This document shows, one piece after another, positions 40,325 to 50,441 of a stretch of DNA of 64,000 bases; position 1 is the first letter of the stretch, and every line of letters begins with the position of its first letter. This stretch comes from Synergistaceae bacterium (GTDB lineage Bacteria > Synergistota > Synergistia > Synergistales > Synergistaceae), in contig JAZLJR010000053.1 of assembly GCA_045617925.1 (NCBI GenBank), forward strand, positions 11,206-75,205, given 5' to 3'. The notes beneath the pieces were generated by a model. It worked only from the letters and a program-made list of their open reading frames with translations, ran no database searches and had not been told where the DNA came from. The position numbers and the translations under genes were made by a program.

Positions 40325-41506
40325 TTATTTACATAACTTAGTCAAGGTGGCGACTGTATGGCAAATCATACATTCGCCCCTGCCAACTGAACCAGCTTCC
40401 TCTCCAGATTTAACTTTTAAGTTAAAGAATTTTGCAGATTGTTCTACATCAGATTTACTCGACATTTCATCTATTATTACGCTATTTATGTTATCTATCA
40501 TCTTTGGAATAAGGTTACCTAGACGAGGTATTTGAGTGGTCAAGACAGAATCTATCCATTCAATAGACCAACCATCACTTAACACTCGTTGTATACTGTT
40601 TCTTAATAATTCAATACTATTAACATCTTTATAAAGAGTGTCGCTTGCTGGAAAAAGAGTTCCTATATCTGGCAAGCCTGCTGCACCAAGCAATGCATCA
40701 CATACAGCATGCGTGATTAAATCAGCATCTGAGTGACCAAGTAGCCCCATATCAAAAGGAATTTCAAGCCCAGCTAAAATTAGTTTTCTTCCTTTTACTA
40801 ACCTATGTATATCATAGCCATAACCAACCCGAGAGATTTTAGTCATAGGATTTTCTGTCAATTTTTCCGCCACCTGCCAGTCAAATTTATCTGTAATTTT
40901 AAAGTTCATTTCGTCTCCAATAACATAGCCAACTGAATTCTCATTGACTAGCATTGCCTCTGCTTCATCTCTTATGGTGGGATCTTTGTCCAATAATTCT
41001 AATAACACATTTTTGTTGACTAACTGAGGTGTTTGGGTTCTATAAATTTTTGAACGATCTATTATTGTAAGTTTTTCGTTTTCAATATGTTTTAATGCGT
41101 CAGATGATGGCAACAGGGGAATTACTGTTTCGTGATTACTATTAGCATTTATCAATCTTAAAATCAAGTCTGTAGTAACAAATGGTCTTGCAGCATCATG
41201 TATTAAGGCATATTCTCCCTTGGCTGCTAAAAGACCTGCCTTGACAGATAAAGCTCGTTCAGCTCCTCCAGAAACACACTTGATGTTTAAGTTTAGCTTC
41301 TTACACTCATCTATACATGAAGTTAAATATGCCTGTGGCAATACAAGCACAACATCTAGCAGCGTATCTCCTAACAATTTGAGAGCTGTCCTGCAAGACC
41401 AAAGCCAAACAGGAGTATTTCCTAGTTTTCTAAATTGTTTAGGAATTCCACCAAGTCTCGTGCCACTTCCACCAGCAACAATTATAAAAGAATATGTTTT
41501 TTGCAT
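40325..41506 (-). CDS. ispDF: bifunctional IspD/IspF (MEP cytidylyltransferase / MEcPP synthase)
   Basis: N-terminal AGGSGTRLG cytidylyltransferase domain. C-terminal IspF motifs GYGYDIHRL and GHSDADL.THA. Confidence 0.9.
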   Translation of the reverse strand: MQKTYSFIIVAGGSGTRLGGIPKQFRKLGNTPVWLWSCRTALKLLGDTLLDVVLVLPQAYLTSCIDECKKLNLNIKCVSGGAERALSVKAGLLAAKGEYALIHDAARPFVTTDLILRLINANSNHETVIPLLPSSDALKHIENEKLTIIDRSKIYRTQTPQLVNKNVLLELLDKDPTIRDEAEAMLVNENSVGYVIGDEMNFKITDKFDWQVAEKLTENPMTKISRVGYGYDIHRLVKGRKLILAGLEIPFDMGLLGHSDADLITHAVCDALLGAAGLPDIGTLFPASDTLYKDVNSIELLRNSIQRVLSDGWSIEWIDSVLTTQIPRLGNLIPKMIDNINSVIIDEMSSKSDVEQSAKFFNLKVKSGEEAGSVGRGECMICHTVATLTKLCK

Positions 41507-41511
41507 TATAA

Positions 41512-42111
41512 TTATTCCATTTCTTGCCTTGAATCAAGTGCAATATGTAAAGTTACACGGTCCGCATAGCCGATAGAGCCCCCCACAGGAAGACCATAGG
41601 ATAATCTTGAAATTTTTACTGGAAAGTCTTTTAATGTATCACGCAATGCAAAGGCAGTTAAATCACCTTCCAAACGTGGAGAAGTGGCTATAATAACCTC
41701 TCGAATATTACTATTTGCTATACGCTTTGCAAGAGCTTCTAAACTTTTAAGAGGTATAGTTTCGTTATTTAACGGTGAATAACGACCTCCTAAAACATGA
41801 TAGAGCCCATTGTAAACTCCAGCCTGTTCTATTGCCACACAATCTTCTTCTGTTTCAACAATACAAAGAGTTTTTTTATCTCTCATGTCATCACGGCAAA
41901 TTGGACAAATATCTGCATCACTTATAGAACCACAGATTTCACAATGTTTGATATTTTCTGCTAGGGCTAATAGAGCATTAGCAAAAGTCTTTATCATATC
42001 TTTGTTTTGGCGAAGAAGGTAAAAAACCATTCTTCTTGCAGTTTTTTCACCAACACCTGGCAATTTACTCCATATAGAAATGAGACTGCCAATGCTATCT
42101 GGTAATATCAT
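41512..42111 (-). CDS. recR: recombination protein RecR
   Basis: HhH LPGVG.K.A.R, C4 zinc finger CEICGSISDADICPIC and a Toprim domain. Confidence 0.95.
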   Translation of the reverse strand: MILPDSIGSLISIWSKLPGVGEKTARRMVFYLLRQNKDMIKTFANALLALAENIKHCEICGSISDADICPICRDDMRDKKTLCIVETEEDCVAIEQAGVYNGLYHVLGGRYSPLNNETIPLKSLEALAKRIANSNIREVIIATSPRLEGDLTAFALRDTLKDFPVKISRLSYGLPVGGSIGYADRVTLHIALDSRQEME

Positions 42112-42435
42112 CTAAAATAGACCACCAAATCCACCACCGAATGCATTTAATCCACCTGAAACTGCATTCATTTTCTTTTCTGACTCAATTTTTGCTTTTT
42201 CCTGTGCGTCTTTTATAGCGACTACTAGCAAATCTTCAAGCATCTCAAGATCTTCAGCGTCAACTGCATCTTTTGTCAGCTTTATTGATATTATATCTCC
42301 AGAGCCAGTAACTGTAGCGTTTACAGCACCACCACCAGCAGTCCCTGTTATCCTTGCATTGTCTAGCTCTTGTTGCGCAAGTGTCATTTGAGCCTGCATC
42401 TTTTGTGCTTGTTTCAAAATTTTATCCATTTTCAT
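42112..42435 (-). CDS. ybaB: nucleoid-associated protein YbaB/EbfC
   Basis: 107 aa with a typical YbaB sequence (KQAQKMQ..M...QEEL; GGG.V.V...G). Immediately precedes recR. Confidence 0.9.
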   Translation of the reverse strand: MKMDKILKQAQKMQAQMTLAQQELDNARITGTAGGGAVNATVTGSGDIISIKLTKDAVDAEDLEMLEDLLVVAIKDAQEKAKIESEKKMNAVSGGLNAFGGGFGGLF

Positions 42436-42473
42436 AATTGATGCTCTCCAATCATTCTGTCATATAGACAGTT

Positions 42474-44222
42474 TTATTTATCTGTGTTGTTTTTGTATGT
42501 ATCTAGGTGTAAAAAAGTAGCAATAACAAGTAATGCAAATTTAGGTAATTTTATAATTCGTTTCCAGCGGAAAGGTTCTTGAATTACTCTATAAAGCCAT
42601 TCCAAACCTAGCTTTTGCCAAGATTTGGGGGCACGAGTCAACCTACCGCTAAGAACATCCATAGTTCCACCTATTCCCATACCAATTGTGGCTCCAGTCT
42701 TTTGTAGATTATCATAGAGCCAATACTCTTGTTTGGGCACGCCTAAACCAACAAATAATATATCTGCACCGCTTGATTTTATATCTGCGCATATCTCATC
42801 AATCTGTGCTGGAGTAAAGAAACCATTTCTAGTATAGGAAACTTGCAAGGATGGAAATTGTTCTTTCAACTTAGCTGTTGCTTCTTCTGCAACACCTTTT
42901 TGCCCACCAAGGAAAGCTAATTTTAAATCATTCTTTGATGCAAACTCTGCTAAATCAACAGTAAATTCGCAACCTGGTATTCTTTCTTGAACTGGTGTGC
43001 GTAAAAATTTTAATGCAGTTATAAGCCCCATACCATCGGGTAACACAAGAGAAGCATTTTGGACAACATTAGCATATCTTTTGTCCGTTCTGCTCAAAAG
43101 TGCAGCAAGTGCATCAGGTGTAACTATGATGTGGGGTGTATTTTTTTCTGTAGAAAACCAACTACTAACCTTGCTTAATGCGAACTTTTTTGATACATTG
43201 TCTGCCCTTATACCCCAAAGTGTAGGGTGGCGTTTATCCAGTGTCATTGTGTCTTCCTTTCTGTCAAAAAATATAAAGACTAATGATAATACAAACATTA
43301 TGAAAAAGATGTTGTGCCTAATGCGTCCAGTTCCACACAAAGAAAGCAAAATGCTTGATATTATAGAACAAAACACATATACATTAATTGCTGTTGAGTG
43401 TGTATAACCAGAAGAAAGCATAGTGGAGTATACTGCCATATGTGGTGCAAAGTTATTCTTTGAGATAAAAAATCTAAAGACATTTTCAACCCAAGTCGTT
43501 ACCAAAAGCAAAAAGAAGCCAAAGCTCATTAGCAACATTGAATAGAGAGGAATACCGCAACTTACTGTTCTGATAAATGTTCCTGCAAACAAAACACCCC
43601 ATAAGGCGGTCAAAGGTTCTGTAAGTCGCCTGTAAGTATACGTTTGGCGTCTAAAGAATGTAAAAAATATACATAAGCTTGCAAGGCAAATAAATAATAT
43701 ATCCCCCTGTATACCTGTAAAAACTAAGACATGGGCAGTAAACACTAACCATAATGATAAAATCATTGGACCAGCAAGCCCAGGTATATCATCAAGTGCA
43801 TTTAAAGCAATGGGGAACAAGCCAAAAACTAAAGCGCCAATTGCAATTGATGCAACGTAGCTAATACAATAGAATTCATTCGGGCTTATTTCAACAAAAC
43901 TTACTCTTGTGCCACCTATTGAAAAAATAATGCCAATAATAAAATAACATATTTCAAGATTTCTTACCATTTGAAACCGTTGGCAAAAGCCAAAACATGC
44001 AGCAACAACAGCGGCAGCACATGTCATTCGCAGAAGCGAATCTTCCATCCAAATTCCCATTAGGGCTATTGTGGCAATTAGTGAAATATCTTTGAAATAA
44101 AAATATTGATCACTCTCTAGGTGCTCTTTAAAAAAATACTGCAATAGCAAACAGGAAGCACACAATACAAATATAAATAAAGAATTCTGAATTAATGTTT
44201 GTGACATAAATCCTATCCTCAT
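42474..44222 (-). CDS. fusion protein: N-terminal polytopic membrane domain (about 330 aa, degenerate WecA/TagO-like motifs?) plus C-terminal WecB/TagA/CpsF (GT26) glycosyltransferase
   Basis: The C-terminal ~240 aa carry GT26 hallmarks (LVLPDGMG, FLGG, LFVGLGVPKQE, GGTMDVLSG...RAP..W...GLEW.YR). The N-terminal part has about 9-10 hydrophobic helices. Confidence 0.8.
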   Translation of the reverse strand: MRIGFMSQTLIQNSLFIFVLCASCLLLQYFFKEHLESDQYFYFKDISLIATIALMGIWMEDSLLRMTCAAAVVAACFGFCQRFQMVRNLEICYFIIGIIFSIGGTRVSFVEISPNEFYCISYVASIAIGALVFGLFPIALNALDDIPGLAGPMILSLWLVFTAHVLVFTGIQGDILFICLASLCIFFTFFRRQTYTYRRLTEPLTALWGVLFAGTFIRTVSCGIPLYSMLLMSFGFFLLLVTTWVENVFRFFISKNNFAPHMAVYSTMLSSGYTHSTAINVYVFCSIISSILLSLCGTGRIRHNIFFIMFVLSLVFIFFDRKEDTMTLDKRHPTLWGIRADNVSKKFALSKVSSWFSTEKNTPHIIVTPDALAALLSRTDKRYANVVQNASLVLPDGMGLITALKFLRTPVQERIPGCEFTVDLAEFASKNDLKLAFLGGQKGVAEEATAKLKEQFPSLQVSYTRNGFFTPAQIDEICADIKSSGADILFVGLGVPKQEYWLYDNLQKTGATIGMGIGGTMDVLSGRLTRAPKSWQKLGLEWLYRVIQEPFRWKRIIKLPKFALLVIATFLHLDTYKNNTDK

Positions 44223-44273
44223 TTTTATAAATACAATAAAGAGGCTAAGAGTTAACCAGCCTCTTTATAAGTA

Positions 44274-45590
<1,317 letters not shown>

Positions 45591-45647
45591 TCAACAGACG
45601 CATTATAACAGAAATTATTTATTTTTTCACTAAAATAAATCAGTAAT

Positions 45648-47102
45648 TTAAAAATTTTCTTCTTTGTGGAAATAATTATATATGGTTGTAGCAAGTTTTT
45701 TACCAATACCATTAACTTCTTCAAGTGCTTTAACACTAGCATTGCTAACATTTTTAGTGCTTCCAAACTTTGCAATTAAAAGCAAAGCTTTTGAATGACT
45801 TATTCCAGGAATATCCTCAAGTTTGGAATGTTGCATAAGTATATCGCGTTTATGTCTATGACTAGTGATAGCAAATCTGTGTGCTTCATCACGTATTTTT
45901 TGCAATAATTTTAATACTTCGTTATTTCTTTCTAATACTACAGGTTGAGGATCATATTCAGTGTATATTTCTTCGTTTTTTTCTGCCAAGGCAAGTAATG
46001 GCACCTTGACGTTAAGCATATTGAGTGCCTCTCTGGCAAAAGCTAGTTGCTCGTTTCCTCCATCAATTAAAATCAATTGTGGTAGGGGAGATTGTCCTTC
46101 TATAACTCTCTTGTATCTTCTGTAAACAGTTTCTTTTATAGAGCGAAAATCATCGGGCTTTTCCAGTTGAATATTAAATTTTCTGTATAGACTGGGGTTT
46201 GGATATCCCTGTTCAAATACTACGACTACACCAACAGTTCCCTTGCCTCCAGTATGTGATATATCAAAACAATCAATTCTCCAAGGAATAAGAGGCAAAT
46301 TAAAAGTTTTTTGCACAGCTAAAAGCGTTGATAAATAATTTTCTTCCTCCATTTTTGCATCTGGCGTGGAATGTTTTTGGCGCGATACTCGCCACAGTGC
46401 TCGTATAATGTCACGTATTTTTGCTGCTTCTTCAAACTGCATTGATTTAGCAGCATTGTCCATTCTTTGCCTTAAACGCTCAGTAAGCTGTAACGAATTA
46501 CCTTGCAATAATAATATTACGTCAGCAACTCTTTCTTTATATTCCTTTTCTGTGCATTTAGCAGCACAGGGTCCTAAACATCGACCAAGACTATATTTCA
46601 TGCATGGTCTTTTTGGAAAATGTTTTACAAGATCATAATTACAGGTTCTTAGTGGCATATACCTTTCAATTAAACGAAGAAGTAGCTTAACCTCACCAAC
46701 ACGAACAAATGGACCAATGTAATTTCCACCATCGTCCAAAACTACACGAGTAAATTCAAGCCGAGGAAATTTTTCGTCAGTAACTTTTATGTAACCATAC
46801 CTTTCATTCATTTTTAAATCTACATTGAAGAATGGTTGATATAATTTTATTAGACGATTTTCTAATATCAGGGCTTCAATTTCGGATTCAACGCGAATAG
46901 TGGATATGTCGTAAATTGTATCTACGAGCTTTCTCAAACGAGGACTTGCAAAGTTTTGATGTCGAAAATATGACAAGACACGCTTCTTTAAAGACTTTGC
47001 TTTTCCTATGTAGATAATATTATAATCTGCATCTCGCATGAGATATACACCAGGTCTATTAGGAAAACGCTTTACATATGCTATAAGTTCTTCTTTTATC
47101 AT
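45648..47102 (-). CDS. uvrC: excinuclease ABC subunit C
   Basis: GIY-YIG domain (PGVYLM...IIYIGKA), UvrBC domain, endonuclease V-like domain and a C-terminal HhH. I prefer the ATG at 47102, preceded by GAGGAA. Confidence 0.9.
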   Translation of the reverse strand: MIKEELIAYVKRFPNRPGVYLMRDADYNIIYIGKAKSLKKRVLSYFRHQNFASPRLRKLVDTIYDISTIRVESEIEALILENRLIKLYQPFFNVDLKMNERYGYIKVTDEKFPRLEFTRVVLDDGGNYIGPFVRVGEVKLLLRLIERYMPLRTCNYDLVKHFPKRPCMKYSLGRCLGPCAAKCTEKEYKERVADVILLLQGNSLQLTERLRQRMDNAAKSMQFEEAAKIRDIIRALWRVSRQKHSTPDAKMEEENYLSTLLAVQKTFNLPLIPWRIDCFDISHTGGKGTVGVVVVFEQGYPNPSLYRKFNIQLEKPDDFRSIKETVYRRYKRVIEGQSPLPQLILIDGGNEQLAFAREALNMLNVKVPLLALAEKNEEIYTEYDPQPVVLERNNEVLKLLQKIRDEAHRFAITSHRHKRDILMQHSKLEDIPGISHSKALLLIAKFGSTKNVSNASVKALEEVNGIGKKLATTIYNYFHKEENF

Positions 47103-47193
47103 TGAATATTCCTCTAAAAACATAACTTGCACAAGCTACGAAATTATGTATAATTACATTGTTTATTATTTTAACACATACAGGAGAAATTTG

Positions 47194-48594
47194 ATGTCAC
47201 TTTATGTTTATAATGACTTAACAAGAAAAAAAGAAGAATTTATACCAGTGGAGAAGGGGCGTGTTAAATTTTACGTCTGTGGTCCCACAGTATATGATTA
47301 CTTTCATATTGGTAACGCTAGACCTTTTGTAGTTTTTGATACTTTTAGACGTTATCTTGAATATCTTGGCTATGATGTAACCTTTGTTCAAAATTTTACC
47401 GACATTGACGATAAAATGATAAAGCGTGCCAACGAAAGAGGAATTACAGTTGCAGAGTTGGCAGAAGAATTCATAAAAGCTTACTTTGAAGATGTAGAAG
47501 CTCTCGGTGTTCACATTGCAACAGTTCATCCAAGAGCAACAAAAGAAATAGATACTATTATAGAAATTATAGGTAAGTTAATAGATACTAGGCATGCCTA
47601 TGTGTCAAACGGAGATGTTTATTTTGCAGTAGATAGTTTTAAAGAATATGGGAAGTTGTCAAAACAAAGCATAGATGATTTACAATCAGGTGCAAGAGTT
47701 GAACCAGGTGAACAGAAAAAAAATCCATTAGACTTTGCACTTTGGAAAGCAGCTAAACCAGGAGAACCAAAATGGCAGTGTCCGTGGGGAGAGGGAAGAC
47801 CCGGTTGGCATATTGAATGTTCAGCAATGTCCACAAAATATCTAGGAAAGACTATTGATATACATGGTGGTGGAAGCGATTTAATTTTTCCACATCATGA
47901 AAACGAAATCGCACAAAGCGAATGTGCAAACAATGCACAGTTTGTCAAATATTGGTTGCACAATGCGTATTTACTCATAAATTCGGAAAAAATGTCGAAG
48001 TCATTAGGTAATTTCTTGACTGTTCGTGAGATTAGAAAAAAGATTAATCCTTTAATCTTAAGATTTTTCCTATTATCTGCACATTACAGATCACCTTTGA
48101 ACTTTACAGAGGAAGCTTTAATGCAAGCAAAATCAGCACTTGAGAGAATTCATATAGCTTACAATGAATTAATTTTTGCGTTAGATAATAGAACCGATGG
48201 TGAAAAATCCGTTGAATTATCTAAGGCAGTTGATGAAGCAAAAACAAAGTTTGAAGAAGCTATGAATGATGATTTTAATACAGCAAGTGCATTTGCAGTT
48301 ATATTTGACCTAGTGAAAACATTAAATAAATATCTAAAAGATAATCTAACGGTAGATAAAGACGCATTACAGCATGCTAATGAGTTCTTCAATATAACAA
48401 ATACCATACTTGGTTATCTGCCAACAAAAGAAAATAATGACGATACATCAGAAATTGATTTATTAATCAATGAACGTAATGAGGCTAGAAAAAATAAAGA
48501 TTTTAAGAGATCTGATGAAATTCGTGATATGTTATTAAAACAGGGAATAATTATTGAAGACACAAAAGATGGCACAAGATGGCGTAAGCAATAA
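47194..48594 (+). CDS. cysS: cysteinyl-tRNA synthetase
   Basis: HIGN (HIGH-type) and KMSKS motifs. ATG at 47194 after AGGAG. The longer track ORF overlaps the uvrC start region. Confidence 0.95.
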   Translation: MSLYVYNDLTRKKEEFIPVEKGRVKFYVCGPTVYDYFHIGNARPFVVFDTFRRYLEYLGYDVTFVQNFTDIDDKMIKRANERGITVAELAEEFIKAYFEDVEALGVHIATVHPRATKEIDTIIEIIGKLIDTRHAYVSNGDVYFAVDSFKEYGKLSKQSIDDLQSGARVEPGEQKKNPLDFALWKAAKPGEPKWQCPWGEGRPGWHIECSAMSTKYLGKTIDIHGGGSDLIFPHHENEIAQSECANNAQFVKYWLHNAYLLINSEKMSKSLGNFLTVREIRKKINPLILRFFLLSAHYRSPLNFTEEALMQAKSALERIHIAYNELIFALDNRTDGEKSVELSKAVDEAKTKFEEAMNDDFNTASAFAVIFDLVKTLNKYLKDNLTVDKDALQHANEFFNITNTILGYLPTKENNDDTSEIDLLINERNEARKNKDFKRSDEIRDMLLKQGIIIEDTKDGTRWRKQ

Positions 48595-48630
48595 AATAAT
48601 TATTAAATAAACTAGAAAGTAGGTGATTGT

Positions 48631-48780
48631 ATGTTAGATTACTTTTTTTGTTTTTTGTACATATTGTGGTGTTTTGTTCCTTTCCTGTTTTTGATTTTAC
48701 TATTTAAAATATGTTGTAGAATTTATTGGAAGGAAAAAGAGAGGCATCAAAAGAATAAGATAGAGCAAGAGCAGAAGTAA
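48631..48780 (+). CDS. possible 49-aa small membrane protein (below the ORF-track length cut-off)
   Basis: ATG 4-5 nt after AGGTGA. It encodes MLDYFFCFLYILWCFVPFLFLILLFKICCRIYWKEKERHQKNKIEQEQK, i.e. one TM helix plus a basic tail. It lies between the cysS stop and the terminator. Confidence 0.35.
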   Translation: MLDYFFCFLYILWCFVPFLFLILLFKICCRIYWKEKERHQKNKIEQEQK

Positions 48781-48810
48781 GAATATTATTCTTTTCTTTT
48801 AATAAAATAA

Positions 48811-48849
48811 AATACTAGCATTGTCGTTATGACTTTGCTAGTATTTTTT
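48811..48849. terminator. bidirectional intrinsic terminator (cysS unit / bactofilin unit)
   Basis: 10-bp stem AATACTAGCA (48811-48820) / TGCTAGTATT (48836-48845) with a 15-nt loop and T-rich tracts on both strands. Confidence 0.7.
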
Positions 48850-48970
48850 ATCATTTAATAAAATGTCCTATAATTGCTCTTATGTAATATTATGTTTATA
48901 CAATTAATAGACATAATATATTCAACAGATTATGAAGTTTATTTATTCAAGCTAAACTAGGCCATGCAAG

Positions 48971-49585
48971 TTAAGAATTATTATTGTTGTTGTTAACCTC
49001 ATCTGCATCACGCTTTTTACTAGAGGTCATTTTAACAGTCCCATTTAATTTAGCTCCTTTAGTAATCTCTATGCTAGTTGATGTTATGTCACCATTTATA
49101 ACAGAATTAGCTCCTAGATAAATATCACCATGTGTCTCGATATTACCAACCATAGACCCTTTTACAGAAACTGAACCAAGCGTTTTTACATCACCCTTAA
49201 GGACGCAACCTTCATCAATTTGTATAACGTCACGTGCTTCAAGATTTCCAGTTACAGATGCATTATGGTTCAAAAAAATGCATTGTGCTGTAGTGTTGCC
49301 AAAGCACTGACTTGATATATAGACACTTCCACCATTACAATCGATGTTCCCTTTTATTTTGCCAAAAATTTCTATATCTGTATCCGCAAGATGAATATCA
49401 CCTACTATATCCATCCCTTCTGTAATTAAACTCTTTTTTCGTATAACAGGTAGATTATTAAATTCACTATCTGCTATCTTTACATCGTTCATTACTTCAA
49501 TAGAATTCTCATCTAAGGTCATTGAAAAATTACCATCTTTTAATTCATTTACTGCTTTCTTTAAATTTGCCCAAGTATTAGCCAT
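48971..49585 (-). CDS. bactofilin-family polymer-forming cytoskeletal protein with an N-terminal extension and a poly-Asn tail
   Basis: Repetitive beta-helix-type sequence (G.I.G.V....V...G.V.G.I) over about 110 aa. C-terminal KKRDADEVNNNNNNS. Confidence 0.75.
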   Translation of the reverse strand: MANTWANLKKAVNELKDGNFSMTLDENSIEVMNDVKIADSEFNNLPVIRKKSLITEGMDIVGDIHLADTDIEIFGKIKGNIDCNGGSVYISSQCFGNTTAQCIFLNHNASVTGNLEARDVIQIDEGCVLKGDVKTLGSVSVKGSMVGNIETHGDIYLGANSVINGDITSTSIEITKGAKLNGTVKMTSSKKRDADEVNNNNNNS

Positions 49586-49608
49586 TGTTGTAATACAACT
49601 CCTTTTTT

Positions 49609-50420
49609 TTATTTTCTAAATACAATTTGTGGTGTATTGTGTGCAAGTGTTGAAAAAACAAAACCTTCACGCCTTAATTTATCAATTAATGTAGGTAAAG
49701 CATCTGCTATAATTTTCTTTTTTATTGAACTGTCATGCATTAGAATGATTGCTATATTACGATTTCTTGCTGCTGAATAACAATTTGACAACACATCATT
49801 TACAGTCAGTGTAGATCTGCTACTATCAGCCGATGTAACATTCCAATCAAAATACACTAAACCACGTTTACTTAGTTCAGGTTTCAAAGAATAAAAAAGA
49901 CTTCGTTTTAGTTTGTAATAGTTACTACCACCAGGAAATCTTAATACAGTTGGAACATATCCTGTATTATTAATAATATAGGAACGTAAACTATCTATAT
50001 CTTGCAAGAAAGATTCAGCTGATGAGTAAATCAAATCATAATTGTGAGTATAACTATGCAAACCTAGTGTATGTCCTTCACTAACCATACGCCTTAATAT
50101 TGCAACTGCATTTACGTCGTTATGATGAATGACAAAAAAAGTTGCTTTAACATTTTTAGCCTTAAGAACATCTAGAATATCATTCGTGACACAAGATGGA
50201 CCATCATCAAATGTTAAATATGCTATTTTAAAAGTTTTTTTTTTAGCTGATTATTTTGTCTTGGATTTATCTGTTCATATTCTTTTATGATAGTCACAAG
50301 CTTTGATACTTTTATAGATTGAAAAAAGATAATAAACCATGGACAAATAAGTAATGCAATAAGTATCAAAAGAATTAGATGCTTAAAGAAGAGAACGCTA
50401 CCGAAATAATTTTTCCTCAT
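49609..50420 (-). pseudogene. membrane-anchored NodB-type polysaccharide deacetylase, interrupted by a frameshift in an A10 tract
   Basis: ORF 50420-50223 encodes a TM anchor and ends ...QLKKKLLK*. A second frame is open from 50250 down to 49609 and reads SAKKKTFKIAYLTFDDGP...HSYTH...RFPGG...DWN...LMHD, with all NodB motifs intact. The frames join at T10 (50235-50244 on the plus strand). Confidence 0.75.
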
Positions 50421-50441
50421 ATAACACCATTGATAAAAAGA

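Noticed and set aside
48880-48925. dif-like sequence (XerCD site) in the convergent intergenic region after cysS: ATATTATGT ... ACATAATAT half-sites, and GAATATATTATGTCTA on the minus strand
   Set aside because: When aligned to the remembered dif consensus (…ATAA-TRTATA-TTATGTWAACT) the arms cannot be placed with a 6-nt central region: the spacing is 4 nt in one register and 15 nt in the other. The outer arm positions also do not match. AT-rich resemblance is expected by chance in this genome.
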